60,894 bases of DNA, filler included, from Sphacelaria rigidula (GCA_964200075.2; 3 parts of 3 records of this genome joined end to end with filler, not necessarily neighbours in it), one strand, 5' to 3'; counted from the whole stretch's first letter, positions 44,883 to 58,285 are shown. Made by a program: numbers and translations. The notes: generated by a model not told the origin, from the sequence alone.

Positions 44883-45375
44883 CCCTTTGGCCGCGAGGGT
44901 AGGTCACCTGCTGAATCGGCATCAATTTCACTTGGAAAAAGTTTCTGTGATCCAGATGTACTACCCGCATCGCGGTGTAAGGGTAAGTGGACTGCGAGAG
45001 GTGGATCATCTGTTGAATCTGCATCCATCTCACATGAAAAAAAGAAGACATGATTCAGATGGGCTACCCTCGCGGTCTAAGGGTAAGTGGACTGCGAGAG
45101 GTGGATCATCTGCTGAATCTGCATCCATCTCACATGAAAAAAAGGAGACATGGTTCAGATGGGCTACCCTCGCGGTCTAAGGGTTAAGCAGAGAGTGGGG
45201 TGCACGGTCCCGGTGTGCATACAAAAAATGGTACTCTCACAGGCTCTCCTTTTCCGCGTCGTAGGTAGCCCTTGGACCGCGTTGCGGGTAGTCCATCTGG
45301 ATCATGCATACTTTTTTCAAGTCAATATTGATGCCGATTCAGCAGGTGACCTGCCCTCGCGGTCAAAGGACTAAG
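44883..45375. mobile_element. Cluster of about 100-bp piggyBac-like MITE units: three in tandem plus one inverted
   Basis: Units end CTACCCTCGCGGTCTAAGGG (or a variant) at 44983, 45083 and 45183, the last followed by TTAA. The first begins TTGA|CCCTTTGGCCGCGAGGGTAG. Inverted copy at about 45270-45370; other copies at about 51608-51725 and 59508-59598. Confidence 0.7.
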
Positions 45376-48300
45376 CCCAATACCACGTGTGAAGAAATAT
45401 AAAAATGGTCGGGCATGCTGTCCAGACACCTTGTACGTGGGGCTGGCGCGCTGGAACGTGTTTTGGAGGTGCCGCGTCCCAAAACGAGAAATGCGTTCCC
45501 CTTCTTGTTCCAAGAACACGAGGGCATGCCCTTTTTTGTATACTGCCCTTGTTTTTTTCATTGGTTGATTGAATGTCTCACACCACTCACTCATCCCCCA
45601 CGAAACCAGGCTTACGTCACCTTACCTTACCGTGCTGATTGTTCATATGATGAACGTAGCCGAGATGAAACAAACCGGGAACACTCGCTGAAGGAAGCTG
45701 AAGAAAAGAAAAGTATGAAGTGTGGAAGGAACAGCAAGAGTACACTGAAAAGAAGATGAATGAAGACGAAGTACACAAGTTGAAGAGACAAGAACCATAA
45801 TAACACCAACACCAACACGGTTATGGCACCGGCAAAAAGCCTACACTACTTTTTGTATTTCAATCTGTGACCAATTTGTCCCGAAATGAACATGGCGAAA
45901 GTGGCAGGACTCCCCAGCATCTCTCCGTGTCTTCCTTTTTCCTACTGATTGCTGCCTTCCGTGTACCCCTACCCCGAGGTTTTGTGTTGTTATGTCGTGC
46001 TTTTGTTGTCATGCTATTGTTATGCATAGTGTACCTGTACATATTACTATACCTCTGTAATAGAGGTACAATGATGGAATCATGCGATTCTTATCGCCAT
46101 GGTTGGTGATCTTGGTTCCTTACTTTAGCTCCATCTCTGTTTGGCCTCGCGTGTTGAGTGGATCATCGGGCCCTGCCTCCAGTAGCCCGGATGGTCGCCT
46201 GCGGTACCGGAACTTACGAGGTCAGCAGTATATCTATTTCTTCCTTCATTTATTTTTTGTATCGCGTCTGGATTAATTGTTCTGGGTCCGATTTTTTTTC
46301 TCTTCCTCATACCTTATTTTGGGTAGTTAGCTTGTGACCACGAGAGGGTACAGCGTATCGTCACGGTTTTTAATGTGAAGACAAAAACACCAGCAACTGT
46401 AGAAACAGCCTTGGATCGCCAGTACGCCAGTACAGTGAGCAAATCGTGGTCTCACTTGCTCTGCAAAAGCAAGTAGACATCAATTTTCGGGCACGATCAT
46501 TTTCCCCTCTATTTTCTATTTTCCGTGCATGGTAACTCCTGCTGTAGAGCTGGTACAAAGTGCTGAACACGTATGTCAGGCTGTGGGCTCACGGCCTGGT
46601 ACTGATCCTTCTCAACAAGTGGGCGCCAAAGCTCTTTTCGGAAAGCATCACCGGCCGGCCTTCGACACAAACCCGAGCGCCGTAACTGGGCAGGTAGCTC
46701 CTGGGTGATATTATTGTATACACGTATAGGTCTTGTTGGACTTACGCAGCTGCCCTTTACATACTGTCATACTGTACTCTCAGGGATCCGCCAAAGGCTC
46801 CCGATTGAAAGTTGTGCTATGGCATGTATTTTTATTTTGAGCAGTGGTGGTGGTTGTATCACCACCCCCAGCCCCCCTACTTACTGCGCCCAACACAACG
46901 GCACTGCATTGCGCTACACAGCACCGCACCGCATGACTGCAAACGAGTTTATTTCTGTGGGGGGTGATCGTCATGGTATTGACCCTTGTAGTGCTGTCAA
47001 TGACGCAGTGGAATGAGATGTGGAATGTAGCAGGTGGGCCAAAAGTGCTGAATTGATGAGATGATGAGAATTTCCATTGTTCCGGTGGAAAACGAAGAGA
47101 TCTATGGAAGGCCTGTCATCTTTCATATTTTGTGGGACTGAATTTTTCCGAGTTTTGGGACAGTTGGCTTACTTTTTTGTCCACAAAATAGTTGATATTA
47201 TCACCATCTGTCTTTAACGCTGTGTGTGATGCGAGTATGCATCATGGGGAAAGCGATGTAGCTCACTTTTCCGATGCACTCGACTCCGGGGTTTCGGGAA
47301 CAGCATCTCAACTAAATCTACCTGGAAATGAAAAAGGGCGCTCTCTGCAGCGATATTTGTAAAATTTCCTTGTCGTCTTCACATTCCTATTTTCCGTCAG
47401 ACTTTGGATCAGAAGTGGGTCAGAGGCTATGATATCAAGTCAGGCTGTTCTCGAAACCCCGGATCCCAGCAAGTCGGAGGAGTCGGCTGAACTCCTCAAT
47501 GAGGTGATATATACTGTAGAGTCCAAGACATGCGGTGACGATACTCCTACCCCCCGTCTTGGGGGCAAAAGCAGTGTCGAATGTTAAATGTCAAATGTCT
47601 CAAAATGGAATAATAGAAGCCAAGCAAAATCATATCTATACATCAATCATGAAAGATCATGATGGTCGAAATTGTCCAAAGCTAACCCCATCGTGTAGCC
47701 TGCAGGTATCATCTCTCATCTCTCATGTCTCGTGGAGAGGGAAAGGGAGATCATATGTCATACCTCGGTTATGCTAGGTATAATGACGGCTAACTGCTAA
47801 CGGCATGTGGGGATGTACGCCGTACTACTCTAGAGGAGTAGCGCATTGTAAATAGCCCGAAACGTGTGACTCAGTGGAACCCCCGGAAGGCGAACATGCC
47901 GAACTCCGTATGAAACGCGTATTAATAGCGTGGCGTGACTTGTAGATGAGGATTACAGTGATCCTGTCATCATCTGTCATCACTACGGATTTTGGTTCAA
48001 AATTCTCAATGTACCCCCTTCCTTGGAGAAAGGTTCTTCGAAGCAGGGTGCAAGAATTTCGTATCTAGTACTCGATGCTCGATCCTCGATCCTCTCTCTT
48101 ATCGGAAGCCCAGCATATTCCTTTCCGATTCGGTCTACTGTGAGGGGAATACTCAAGTTGCGACTAGCAATCAGCATTGAGTCTTGGCAATAACGTCCTT
48201 CCCCTGTAGAGCCTGGTCACAGCCTATTAATCATAGAGTTCTGTGAATACACACAACCATGGCTCAAGTCGCACTCTAGCTGCTGGGGAGTTGAGCGCAG

Positions 48301-49462
48301 AGCACAGGGCGCGATGTGGTTGTGTTGGATGGAATGATGGATGATGAAAACTTGGGTAGGGGACGACGGTTTTTGTAGAAATGGCACCAAATACTAAGCA
48401 AGTACTTAGTAGGACACGAAAGATGCATTTCTTCGGCCAAGTTCCGTCCGTTTGTAAACTGCAAGCACAGCGCATTCTCTGACCTAAGACTTCATCGAAT
48501 TGTACTTGTACTTCTCGTACAGACATTTTTGCTGTGCGGATGGAGAGCGCTGGCGCCAGAGCTAAAGCTCAAGTGCTGCAGATGTCGTCTGTACATGCTA
48601 TTTGAGGCTCTCCTCTGTGGTGTAGCTCTGTAGGGAGGTCATGTGTTGACGTACGATTCAAGCCTATGACCGCACATGCACATGTTTTTCATATCGAGAC
48701 TTTTTTCGCGTACAGTTCCGCCAGTCGTTGGAGTATAATTTGTAAAGTATAAAGGAACGCTACCTGGACATGGATTTGTTCTAATTCCGATTTCTATGCA
48801 TAATGACGATGTTTTTCATATTTTGCCTATTCTTTGGAGAGACATATTTTCAAGACACGGCTGGAGTGACGCCCAAGTATTTATACGTCTCAGCCAGGAG
48901 TGCAGACGCCTTTTGCCGTGGTCTAGAACGGAGGTTGGCCGTGTTCTTTCTTCATTTTTCATTTTCCTGTGTGTGTTGTGTGTGCTGTATTCGCTGACAT
49001 AGGTTTTCATACATCCGTGGCCACATGTGCTGCTGGCGCGAACACCGCTACAGTGCTACAGTGCTACAGTATCGCCCGACCGCGTTGAGACCGCAATATG
49101 CTGACGACCACGACTCATGCACGAAAAACGATGACACACGGCGAATGTGTGCCAACGGCCTTTTGTGTGTATAGATGTTATAGATCGCATCTCCACCAAG
49201 ATAACTCTCGGACCCCCCCTCCCCTCGAGTCTGATCCGGCCAAAACAAGCATGTACTGCCATGAGTGGGTGCAGGTGAGCTGGGGCAGGTAGGTTCACTC
49301 ACCTGCACGTTTTTTTTTTTTTTTTATTGCCATCATTCGCTCATACTCATTGTAGCCCGTGACGTACCGCCATTCATCTAATTGATGGCCATCGTTCGCC
49401 CATGCATTTAACATAGTGTGTGAAGTGGCGTCACGAAGTCGCCGACGGTCACGGTTATCTAT

Positions 49463-49760
49463 CATACCCAAGTAATACTCTGTACTCGAGTAATACTGAG
49501 AGTGCTTACTCAACATTTGAGTATAGTCTTGGAGGTTGCATTCGATCTACTCAAATTGTGAGGAGATTATTCGAGGCCGTACTCGATCTACTCAAAAATT
49601 GAGTAGAGTATTGAGGTCATACCCAAGTGATACTCTACACTCAAGTATTACTGAGAGTGCTGACATAAAATTTGAGTAGAGTATTTGAGGTCGTTCGTAC
49701 TCAACCTACTCAAAATTTGAGTGGAGTAGATACTCGGGTATTTTCCTCGAGTACTCACAA
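49463..49760. repeat. TACTC/GAGTA-rich degenerate repeat with an internal direct duplication
   Basis: CATACCCAAGT(A/G)ATACTCT...TACTGAGAGTGCT occurs at about 49463 and 49618, plus several CTACTCAAA...TTGAGTAG hairpin motifs. Confidence 0.7.
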
Positions 49761-50613
49761 GTCCATAGATGACTCGAAACAATACATGGGACGACAACAC
49801 ACACACACACACGCAAAAGTACATACTCTACTTCACCTGCCCTTGAGATGGTGTAAATGCTGGCTATGAAACACGGTATAACACCGTGTTGCTGCAATCA
49901 CTACTGTATAGTTTAGCACAGTATCAAGCCATCAAGCCTACTGTAGACCATGACGTGTCGATCTCCAAGGTCTCACAGTCTCAAGTGGTCGCCCTTGGTG
50001 TCATGCTGTCATGGTGTGATGATGTCGTGTGGCAAGACAAGGGCAACTTGCCTACGTCGTGTGGTATATATGCACTATACACTGTGTGCACCCCCCGTGC
50101 CCGGGGGTTCATGTTCTGCCTTGGGTTGGGGTTATCAGGGCTTGTTTTGGGGTTAGGGTTTGACAAAGTATTCTCACCCGTAGGAACTCGGCGCCGAACT
50201 CGGGTAAACCTGCCTCGCTGCAATTTTACACTACTCATTACAGTACTAGTCTATCTGTATTGCAGTACAGTGCTATTTCGGCGCAAGGTCGCTATTATTA
50301 GCGAAACGTCGTGGGAAGAAGGATTAAAGGAGGGCCAGCACGAGCATCAACATCAACATCAACGTCGTGCCAAAATACTGTAGGCACTGGAGTCTAGTGA
50401 GATACTGCATTAACGTTGTCGTACCCGCAGGATGACATGGGTCTTCGGACGCAGCAGTCTACATTAATTGTAGTGTAGCCAAGTGCGGGAAAGTGGTAAG
50501 TTTGACAGATTGTAATTTGGTTCAATTAATCGGGCAACAAAACATGACACAAGTCCAATGTTATCTTCGCGTGGCTCGCTTTCATTCTGATCGTTGTATC
50601 ACATGTTATGCAG

Positions 50614-53600
50614 AAGTGGATGCGCAACACTACGCTCTGGGGGGAGCGCTGTTGGCGAGCACGAGCTTGCAAGTGGTATCCAACATTGCCACTGTCATCA
50701 AGCGCAGGAAGAGCACAGAGCAGGCGGGTGTACAGCAGCCAATACCGGTGAGGTTGTCTTTCCGGCATTTTCAAGTGGCATTAAACATGTCGTGTCCGTA
50801 ATCCGCTATACCTCTATACCCCTCTGTTATCCCTCTATTTCTGTACCTGACATCGCTGGAGTTACTATACCACTGCTCTCCACGCATCGTACTGGAGATT
50901 CTATTCGAAATCACAGTTTTTCTTGTCTTCCGAGTTGGGCTGTTACTGGAATTAAATCACACGTAGGACAGCTCATGAGCTAGCTCATCTGCGGGCGGTA
51001 GCTCACTTGTAGTCAAACATGTACGTGTGAGCTACGTCCGATAGCTCAACACGAGGCAAACGTGCGCTGATGAACTACGAGTTGGTAGCTCATCCAGGAC
51101 AAATATGCGTAGCTCATGCAGCTCTCATAGCTCACCCAGGGCGAATATGAGCTGATGAGCTACGGGTTGATAACTCACCTAGGGGAAACATGCGTAGCCC
51201 ATGCAGCTTTCATAGCTCACCCAGGACGAATATGAGCTGATGAGCTACGGGTTGATAGCTCGCCAAGGGTCAACATGTGTAGCTCATGTACAGTAGCTCT
51301 CACAGGTCACCTAGGGAAAACATATGCGGATGAGCTACGGGTTGGTAGCTCATCGTACGGACACACGGTCGTGGCTCACTCACGTCATATGCCTAGCTCG
51401 CTGCTGGCCAACCCCGTGTCGCCTATGATGTAACATTCTTGTTCGAACGGATGGCGCCACATATCATTAGCTTGTCATGTTTTGCCTCACTCTTCGCGAT
51501 AGGAAAAAGAGAAGCCAACACATGTCCTCGTTTGCTTGGTCGGATGATGCAAAAGGTATTAATATTTAATGTCTACAAGAATCGACCGATTCATTTCTTT
51601 TGATCGGTTGGCCGCGAGGGTACGAGTCCATCCGGTCATGCACACGTTTTTAAAGTGAAATTGGAGCCGATTCAACAGATGACTCATGCTCGTCGTCAAG
51701 GAGTTAGCCCTTCGACCGCGAGGGTTGGCGATATGATATATGAGCATAATTAACTTCATGGCTCTCATTGCTCATCCAGGGCAATTATTCGCAGCTCACC
51801 TAGCTCTCATAGCTCATCCAGAGCCAACATGTGTAGCTCATGCATCTCGCATAGCTCTTAAAGGCATGTTTAGCTTATGCATCTCTCATAGCTCATCCGG
51901 GGCAAACATGCGTAGCTCATGCAGCTCTCATAGCTCACCCAGGGCTAATATGAGCTGATGAGCTACGGGTTGGTAGCTTATCCAGGAGAAACATTCGTAG
52001 CCCATGCAGCTCTCAAAGCTCACCGAGGACGAGTATGAGCTGATGAGCTACGGGTTGGCAGCTCACCTATCGCAAACGTTCGTAGTTCATACAGATCCCA
52101 TAGCTCACCCGGGACGAATATGAGCTGATAAGCTACGGGTTGGCAGCTCACGTCAGTTAAACACGCGTAGCTTATACAGCTCTCATAGCTCACCCCAGGA
52201 AAAACATGCGTAACTCATGTAGCTCTCATAGCTCACGGAGGAGCTACGGTCAAGAAGAGCTAGCTCGAGCTACAGGGAGCTGACCTGTCCAACATGTGGA
52301 GTATATTGACAGTTTTTTATTCGCGGCGCAGAAGCTTCCCTGAATCGGGTACTGTACATATACCGGTATATACTCGTATATTTATATTTGTAAAAAAGAT
52401 TGAAACACCGTTCGCTTCACCACGATTGATGGATTACTGTCACTGTTTGGTCCACCTGCAAACGTGCTATCATAGCGTAGTATCGATTAAAATTTAATAT
52501 ACGGTGTAAATAATCATGTCTCCATTCACCGCAGAAAAGGGCGACTCAGATTGAGGTCCAGACACGAGCAATTGAAATCGTTATACGCTAGGTGGGCCAG
52601 ATCGTCTGACGCACTCACTTCCTGGATGTAGATGATGTTGATTTTGTAGACTCAATACTTACACCTCAAGTTTAGGTCACCTGATGGCTCTCTTTGGGTG
52701 GTTTCAGAGGTTAGCTCTAGCTAGTAAAGTTAATACAGTTAATACGTGACTTATTTTTGTTCATTTTGTTGGTTGCGTTTTGGTGTTACTGTACTGTACC
52801 TATAGTCTATTGTTGTTGTCATGAATAGTGTGCTGAGTTCCGATGATACACGCCGCGATGCAATTTTGGGCGTAGCAGTATAGTAGCACCTCTCACAGGG
52901 GCAACAAGGAACAGGTTAGTTGAGCCATCCACCCATGTGACTTTTCGGAGCAACACTATTACCTCTCACACAAGTAGACGGGCATTTGAGAGCACGGATA
53001 TGTAATAGCAGTCGCGCATGACTCTCTATTAAATTATTGCCACGCCCGCTGCATTCATCATTGTATTGTGCATATAAGAGTATTTCTCAGTGTCGAGAAC
53101 AAGTGTGCAGCAGCTTGCTTTGGCGTGCTTGACCACAGTGTGTTGGCGGAGTTCAAGTGCTGAGGTAGGGTTGTGCGAGGCGCCGAGATTCGGAGAGTGC
53201 TGCTTGGGTTCGTCCCTTTGGTCCGCCACTAATCACAATTGCCCTTGCAAATGCAATTATGAAAAGCTACGCGGACGTTGTTGCAAATTATTTTTATGCA
53301 CTTGGCATGGCTATAGCGGTGAAACTCCTGCCTTTCTCCCCTCGCTTCCTCCCGTCTTGCGCCTGTGCTGGATTGATTGTGTTGGCGACAGGCGGGGCTG
53401 AGCAGCTTCCGCTGGTGGTATCTGGGCATCTTCGCCGTTTACTCCTTCGCGGATGCGCTCGTAACACCCTATCTCATGGTCTTCTTGGGAGAAAAGGTAT
53501 TACACGAATTGCTTGTTTATTTGTTCATGTAGAGGTTCCCTGCTGTGTATCTCAAATGCCAAACCAAAGTGAATAAAACACCCATCGCCGGGCAGTACAG

Positions 53601-56600
53601 TTTGCCGTTAAATAATTATTCCAGGTGAAAAGCGGAAGTCTTGCCTGTTCTCTTGTTACCTTGTCTCTTCGCGACTGTCGATTGCTGTTGCTCATGCACG
53701 ATTGATGCCCTATACCCTGGCAGAGATCTACGATAGTGGTCGATGTCCCTCAAGTACTTGATACTTGATACACGGTCCGACGTCGGAACGTCTTGTAGTT
53801 ATTTTTCATAACTGTGTAGGTAGGTTGTATGTTGCATGTGGAGATGTAGAGATGTCATTTTCCGAGCGAAAAGGGTGAAGCGTTCGACAAAGATGATGCC
53901 CATTTGTGTCCGTCCATGTTATGACTTTCATAGTCAGGCTTAGTGTTGGGGCTAGGTTGTGCGTCCGAGTACGTATCAATGCTTCACCAAGACTAGCTTG
54001 CATTTGCCGTGCTGTAGCCTCAGAGTCCCATTCGTAAGCACACACACACAAATGATCTGTGAAGGTGTTGAGCACCTGAATCCCCCGATAATGTTGACAA
54101 CGTCAAATGTTGATGTTCACAGGGCGAGAGCCTTGAGCTTTGTACTGGAGTAATCAGCTTTCTTTTGTGCACCCGTTTCGTGAGCACTGTGTTTCTGCTC
54201 TGTCGGCTGGCTGTGTGCTGTGCCTGTGTTGCGGCGCATCCTATATGTCTGTGTCTGTTCATCTTCCTAGCAGAAACCGAGGATACCTCATGAAATGGTC
54301 GGGGTGCTGGTGGTGTGCGAGCGCTTGTCGTGTATGGCGGCGGGACTATTCTATGGCGGCTTAGTCGACAGGTGAATCGCCGTATCCGTACATGGTAGAG
54401 ATACCAGATACATGTGGGGTTGCGGTCCAATGTTGCAGTACTGCTTCGCCGCAGCAACTGTAGAATACCTGTGGAATACCGTATGTCTTATGTGCGTGCT
54501 CGACTTCTGCAAATATTGGATTGTCTACAGTGAATAAACCATGCAACACCATTCAGCAGGGCACTGTAGTTTATTTCACTGTAGGCCCACTCGCATTTAT
54601 TCATAGACATGCTTTGGCCCATTGCCCATAGCCCATAGACTAAGTCTATATTTGGACTTCACCAGGCGTCGGGCGTTGCGTCTAAACCACTTGGGCCTGT
54701 TAATGAAGTCAGGGTGTATAGGACCGACATCACTTTAGGTGAGGTGAGCTAGGTCGTCGTGCTCTGGGGTGATGGTGCTGTAATGTATGACTTGCTCCCT
54801 GAGGAGTGCCTGCGTATCCGCATTTGTTTTTGGGTGGCTCATCAGCAGCTAGAATGGGCGAGTCTGCTGCGTGTGATGATGAACCCTACCGAACGTGCTC
54901 AAAAATGATGTTGGAAGATGTTGGAAGGTGGACCCTTGGAATACCTGCCGGGGAAACGTACAAGGATCCTCGAATGGCATACACTACAGTACTTGTGCAA
55001 AATACGAGAGTGCAGCTCTGCTGAGGGAAAACGCGCGTGTGTACTTTTGATAGGCACGGGCGACGGAAGGCGTGTATCATGTGGCCGGTCCTAAGCGTGG
55101 CGTTCTGTCTCCTAGTCAGGTCGTCGAATTTCAGCATGCTTATGCTGGCCTGCATCATCCACGGTGCGTTCGATCCTTGTGTTAATCTAGTGCGCAGTGA
55201 AAAGTGTACAGTAGTGCTTCGAAGTAGTGCATATTGTACGAATAGTAAGAGTAGTGCTGGTGCAATTGTTCACCGGCGCGGGGGTGCTGTTCGGTAGCAA
55301 CGCCGACCTTTGCGCTCTCAAGTGCACTTTGGAGTATATATATACTGGTATACTGTGATCCCTCTCCCGTACGCGGCACAACGTTCCGTACATCCATTCA
55401 TCTCCTGTCGACTGCAGGATAGCAACTAGCAGCATTGGCCACTGCTTTTTCATGCCACGTGCTGACTTTGACACTGTCGAACACCATCCGCCTCCGATTG
55501 CTACTGAAGTGCGAGCAGTGCTCTCACGAGTTCGCGTTGAACCTTGCCAATACCTGCATGACTCCAGTAGTGCATGACTCCAGTAGGCGTCCCTGATCTT
55601 TCCTGGCCTCAATCGTTGCTTGTTGACCGTAAAACCGCACAAGGAGCTGGATCGTCTCTGGGTACAACATGCTTCGAGTCCTGGATGGTGGCGGAACACA
55701 ACCTGAGGAGATACTCGTCCAGCCTACTGCCGGCCATGTTTCGTTTGGTTTCATGGGCGGGCAACCTGTCATGGATCACAGCTGGTTTTGTGGTGGCAGG
55801 ACTACGTAGCAAAGCGAAGGACGGCTTTTTGGCAGCTTCCAATGTCTCCATAGTGGTGAGTTCCGGCCCGCATAAACAAGTGCCTGCCTGAGGTGCATTA
55901 CGTCCCGCTGTACTCTACTCTACTCTACTCTATACTCTACTCTACTCTACTTAATTGTAGCGTACTTAATTGTAGCGTACTTAATTGTAGCGTAAGAGTA
56001 ATAACAAGGCAGCTATACGGTACGTCTTGGCTACCTTGACTCCACTTAAATGCCAGCCATTTCATCACGATGCCCGGTCGATGAAAGCCCTCCTGGGACC
56101 CCGGGTATCTGGCGGAAAAAGAAGAAAAATCGAGAGTCTCCTTTCATACAACTTTCCTGAATATCTCAGAGCACCCGTGTACAAAATTTCAGGGTCTAAT
56201 TGAAAAAAAACCGGCGTGAACAATCGCTGGGGAGTAAATTGCGATCGTTCACCCTCCTTCAGCCTGTTTTGTGGCTCATGGCAGATAGCTGCAGTTTCAA
56301 CGTGTCGGCAAGCTCCAGTGACTTCTTTATGTTGCGGCATGGAAGAAAAACAGGCCCCGGGCTTGACTTTATCTAATGTCAATCACCAGTTGGCTGGATA
56401 CATATCCATGGCATTTGGGCACTGCCTTGAGTGTGCCTAGTTCAAAAACTCCAATCAAGCTTGCCGTTACCCGTCCGTGTTGGCCATGAAAATGCAACGC
56501 GCTGCAACATGCCCTGTCTATACGCGGTTCACAAGTTGGGCCATCACAAGCAATAGACAAGCCGTGAAAGCGGTACGTTCAAGCGGTACGCGTTGAGGAG

Positions 56601-58285
56601 TCATCTGACGTGTGTGCGGGCCGTGGGACGAAAGTGCGTTCAAGTGCGGATGACTGTTGAAGGAACGCCGCTCATGATGATCGTGTGGCCATTGACTGCT
56701 AGCTTGCTATTAGAGCTTGCTAACTTGTTGCGGATTTTCGATTAATGGGATGAATGTTGCATGTTGCCACACCTATGCTGTGCGTGTCCTGAGTCGGTAC
56801 CGACACTTCATGTACTGCGGCAAAGCTTGCGCTGTTCTGCACTGGTACGTTCATCACGACACTTGAACGGTCACGTAGTATCTACCCACTGGCCAGTGTG
56901 ATCGCTATCCTCCCCTCTCCTCCTCTCTTCGATCTTCCTCCAGTTATCCATAACTACAGGCCTTTTGATATGGCGATGCTGGTCGGAAAACTACGGTGAT
57001 CGCACGTCCTCGTCTTCACAACACACTCGGCAGGCGAGTCTCAACACATAACGCACTGAGCAGGAACTAGCAGTACACTGCACAAGCGTGTGCTAACATG
57101 AGCAAAGCATAAGTTAGGAATAGGGGGGGGGTGTACTCATGATCATGCATGCCATAATCATAAGACCCACTACCTCGCATCCGTACGAAGCCGGGCCGGA
57201 GCACGCCGGTTTTCGCCGGACCAGGCTCGCCATCAATCACCACGCGCGAAGTGCCGTGTTGTCTACGGCGAGTCGCATGAAGGGTGAGCTGCATCCTGCT
57301 AATATCGTTTGGCCCAAAGCGTACTAATTGTCTTGCATTTGGATGATGGCCTCCAATGATTTGCTTCATTCTTTGGTATCGCCACTTGCAGAGACAGCCA
57401 CGGCAACACACCGCCTCGTGGGTGTCTCACCATTCAAACACTACGTGGTTTGATTATCCTCTTTGCGCGGAGTTGAGGTATTCCCACCCCGCACAATATG
57501 GTCTAGTTCGACCACCATCACGGTTACAGAAGAAAGATGCAAGTGCTGAAAACAAATCGGTAACCTGTTTGCCTAGCTTACGCAGTGAGCGGCAGCGTCA
57601 TTGCCAAGCGACGCCAACCCCATAGCGTGTACGTCCCTTCAAGGCCGAGACGGAGCACGCCGGGTTTTCGCCGGACCAGGCTAACTCACGGTTATATGAT
57701 CACGAAAGTTCAGGAAATTGTCGGATGCCGCGATCCCAACACCGCGCAAACCTGGTGCTGCACAAGATATAGCCGAGAATACGTTTGCAGGGGGAAAGTG
57801 ATGACGATGATGACCATGATTCACATCGGCACTACTTCCCAACATCGTATGAGATACTGTACCACTTTACTGACCTTACTGGATGTGCTCCAACGTGTAA
57901 GCTGTTGGTGCTGTCACCTTGTCTTTATTTTCGAGGCCGCTGCGCTACCGGTACTGTTGACACTGTTATCATGGTAGTCTTGGTAGTGTTGGTACGTGAC
58001 GTACAGCAGCTACACCGGGAGTAGGTGGCGATTCCGCACTGGCAGATGACACATGAGGCCATGCGGTGCGAGGCCGTGCCGCAATACGAACACCAAGAAC
58101 ACCAATGCTCAATGCTTGCATACATTGACGCATTTTGAATGTTTGGGCTTGTCTTTTTCGCGCACCAGGCTCTGAGGCGAATTACAGGAGACACGAGACT
58201 TTTGCTCACGGCCGTGGTTGCGGTGTTATTCGAAGGGGGCATGAACGCCTTTTTCCCGGTTTGCTTCGCGTGCTTGAAGCGGCAG
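50614..58285 (+). CDS. MFS transporter of the MFSD5/MOT2 (molybdate-anion transporter) family, divergent; partial
   Basis: Exons 50614-50747, 53392-53496, 54274-54371, 55054-55163, 55644-55855, 56944-57033 (GC donor) and 58169-58285, about 288 aa in frame. Motifs: FRWWYLGIFAVYSFADALVTPY, GGLVDRHGRRKAC, CFESWMVAEH, WSENYGD, LFEGGMNAFF. Start and C-terminal exons not securely found. Confidence 0.88.
50958..52298. mobile_element. Non-autonomous TIR element with CAC...GTG ends (CACTA/CMC-like) and 85-bp tandem arrays
   Basis: Left end CACACGTAGGACAGCTCA versus reverse complement of the right end CACATGTTGGACAGGTCA (15/18). The motif (A/G)TATGAGCTGAT(G/A)AGCTACGGGTTG recurs at 51145, 51230, 51948, 52033 and 52118. 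No clear TSD. Confidence 0.7.
55911..55994. repeat. (TACTC)n microsatellite followed by (TACTTAATTGTAGCG)x3
   Basis: Directly visible. Confidence 0.9.
57451..57685 (-). mobile_element. Dispersed repeat, SINE-like, copy 2, in an MFS gene intron
   Basis: Reverse complement of 42655-42897; a further fragment lies at about 57197-57228. Confidence 0.8.

Noticed and set aside
50120-50165. Telomere
   Set aside because: Only a few degenerate TTAGGG-like units, internal to the sequence; likewise near 60020.
50970-52280. CRISPR-like array
   Set aside because: The sequences between motifs are themselves repeats rather than unique spacers; eukaryotic intron and no cas genes.
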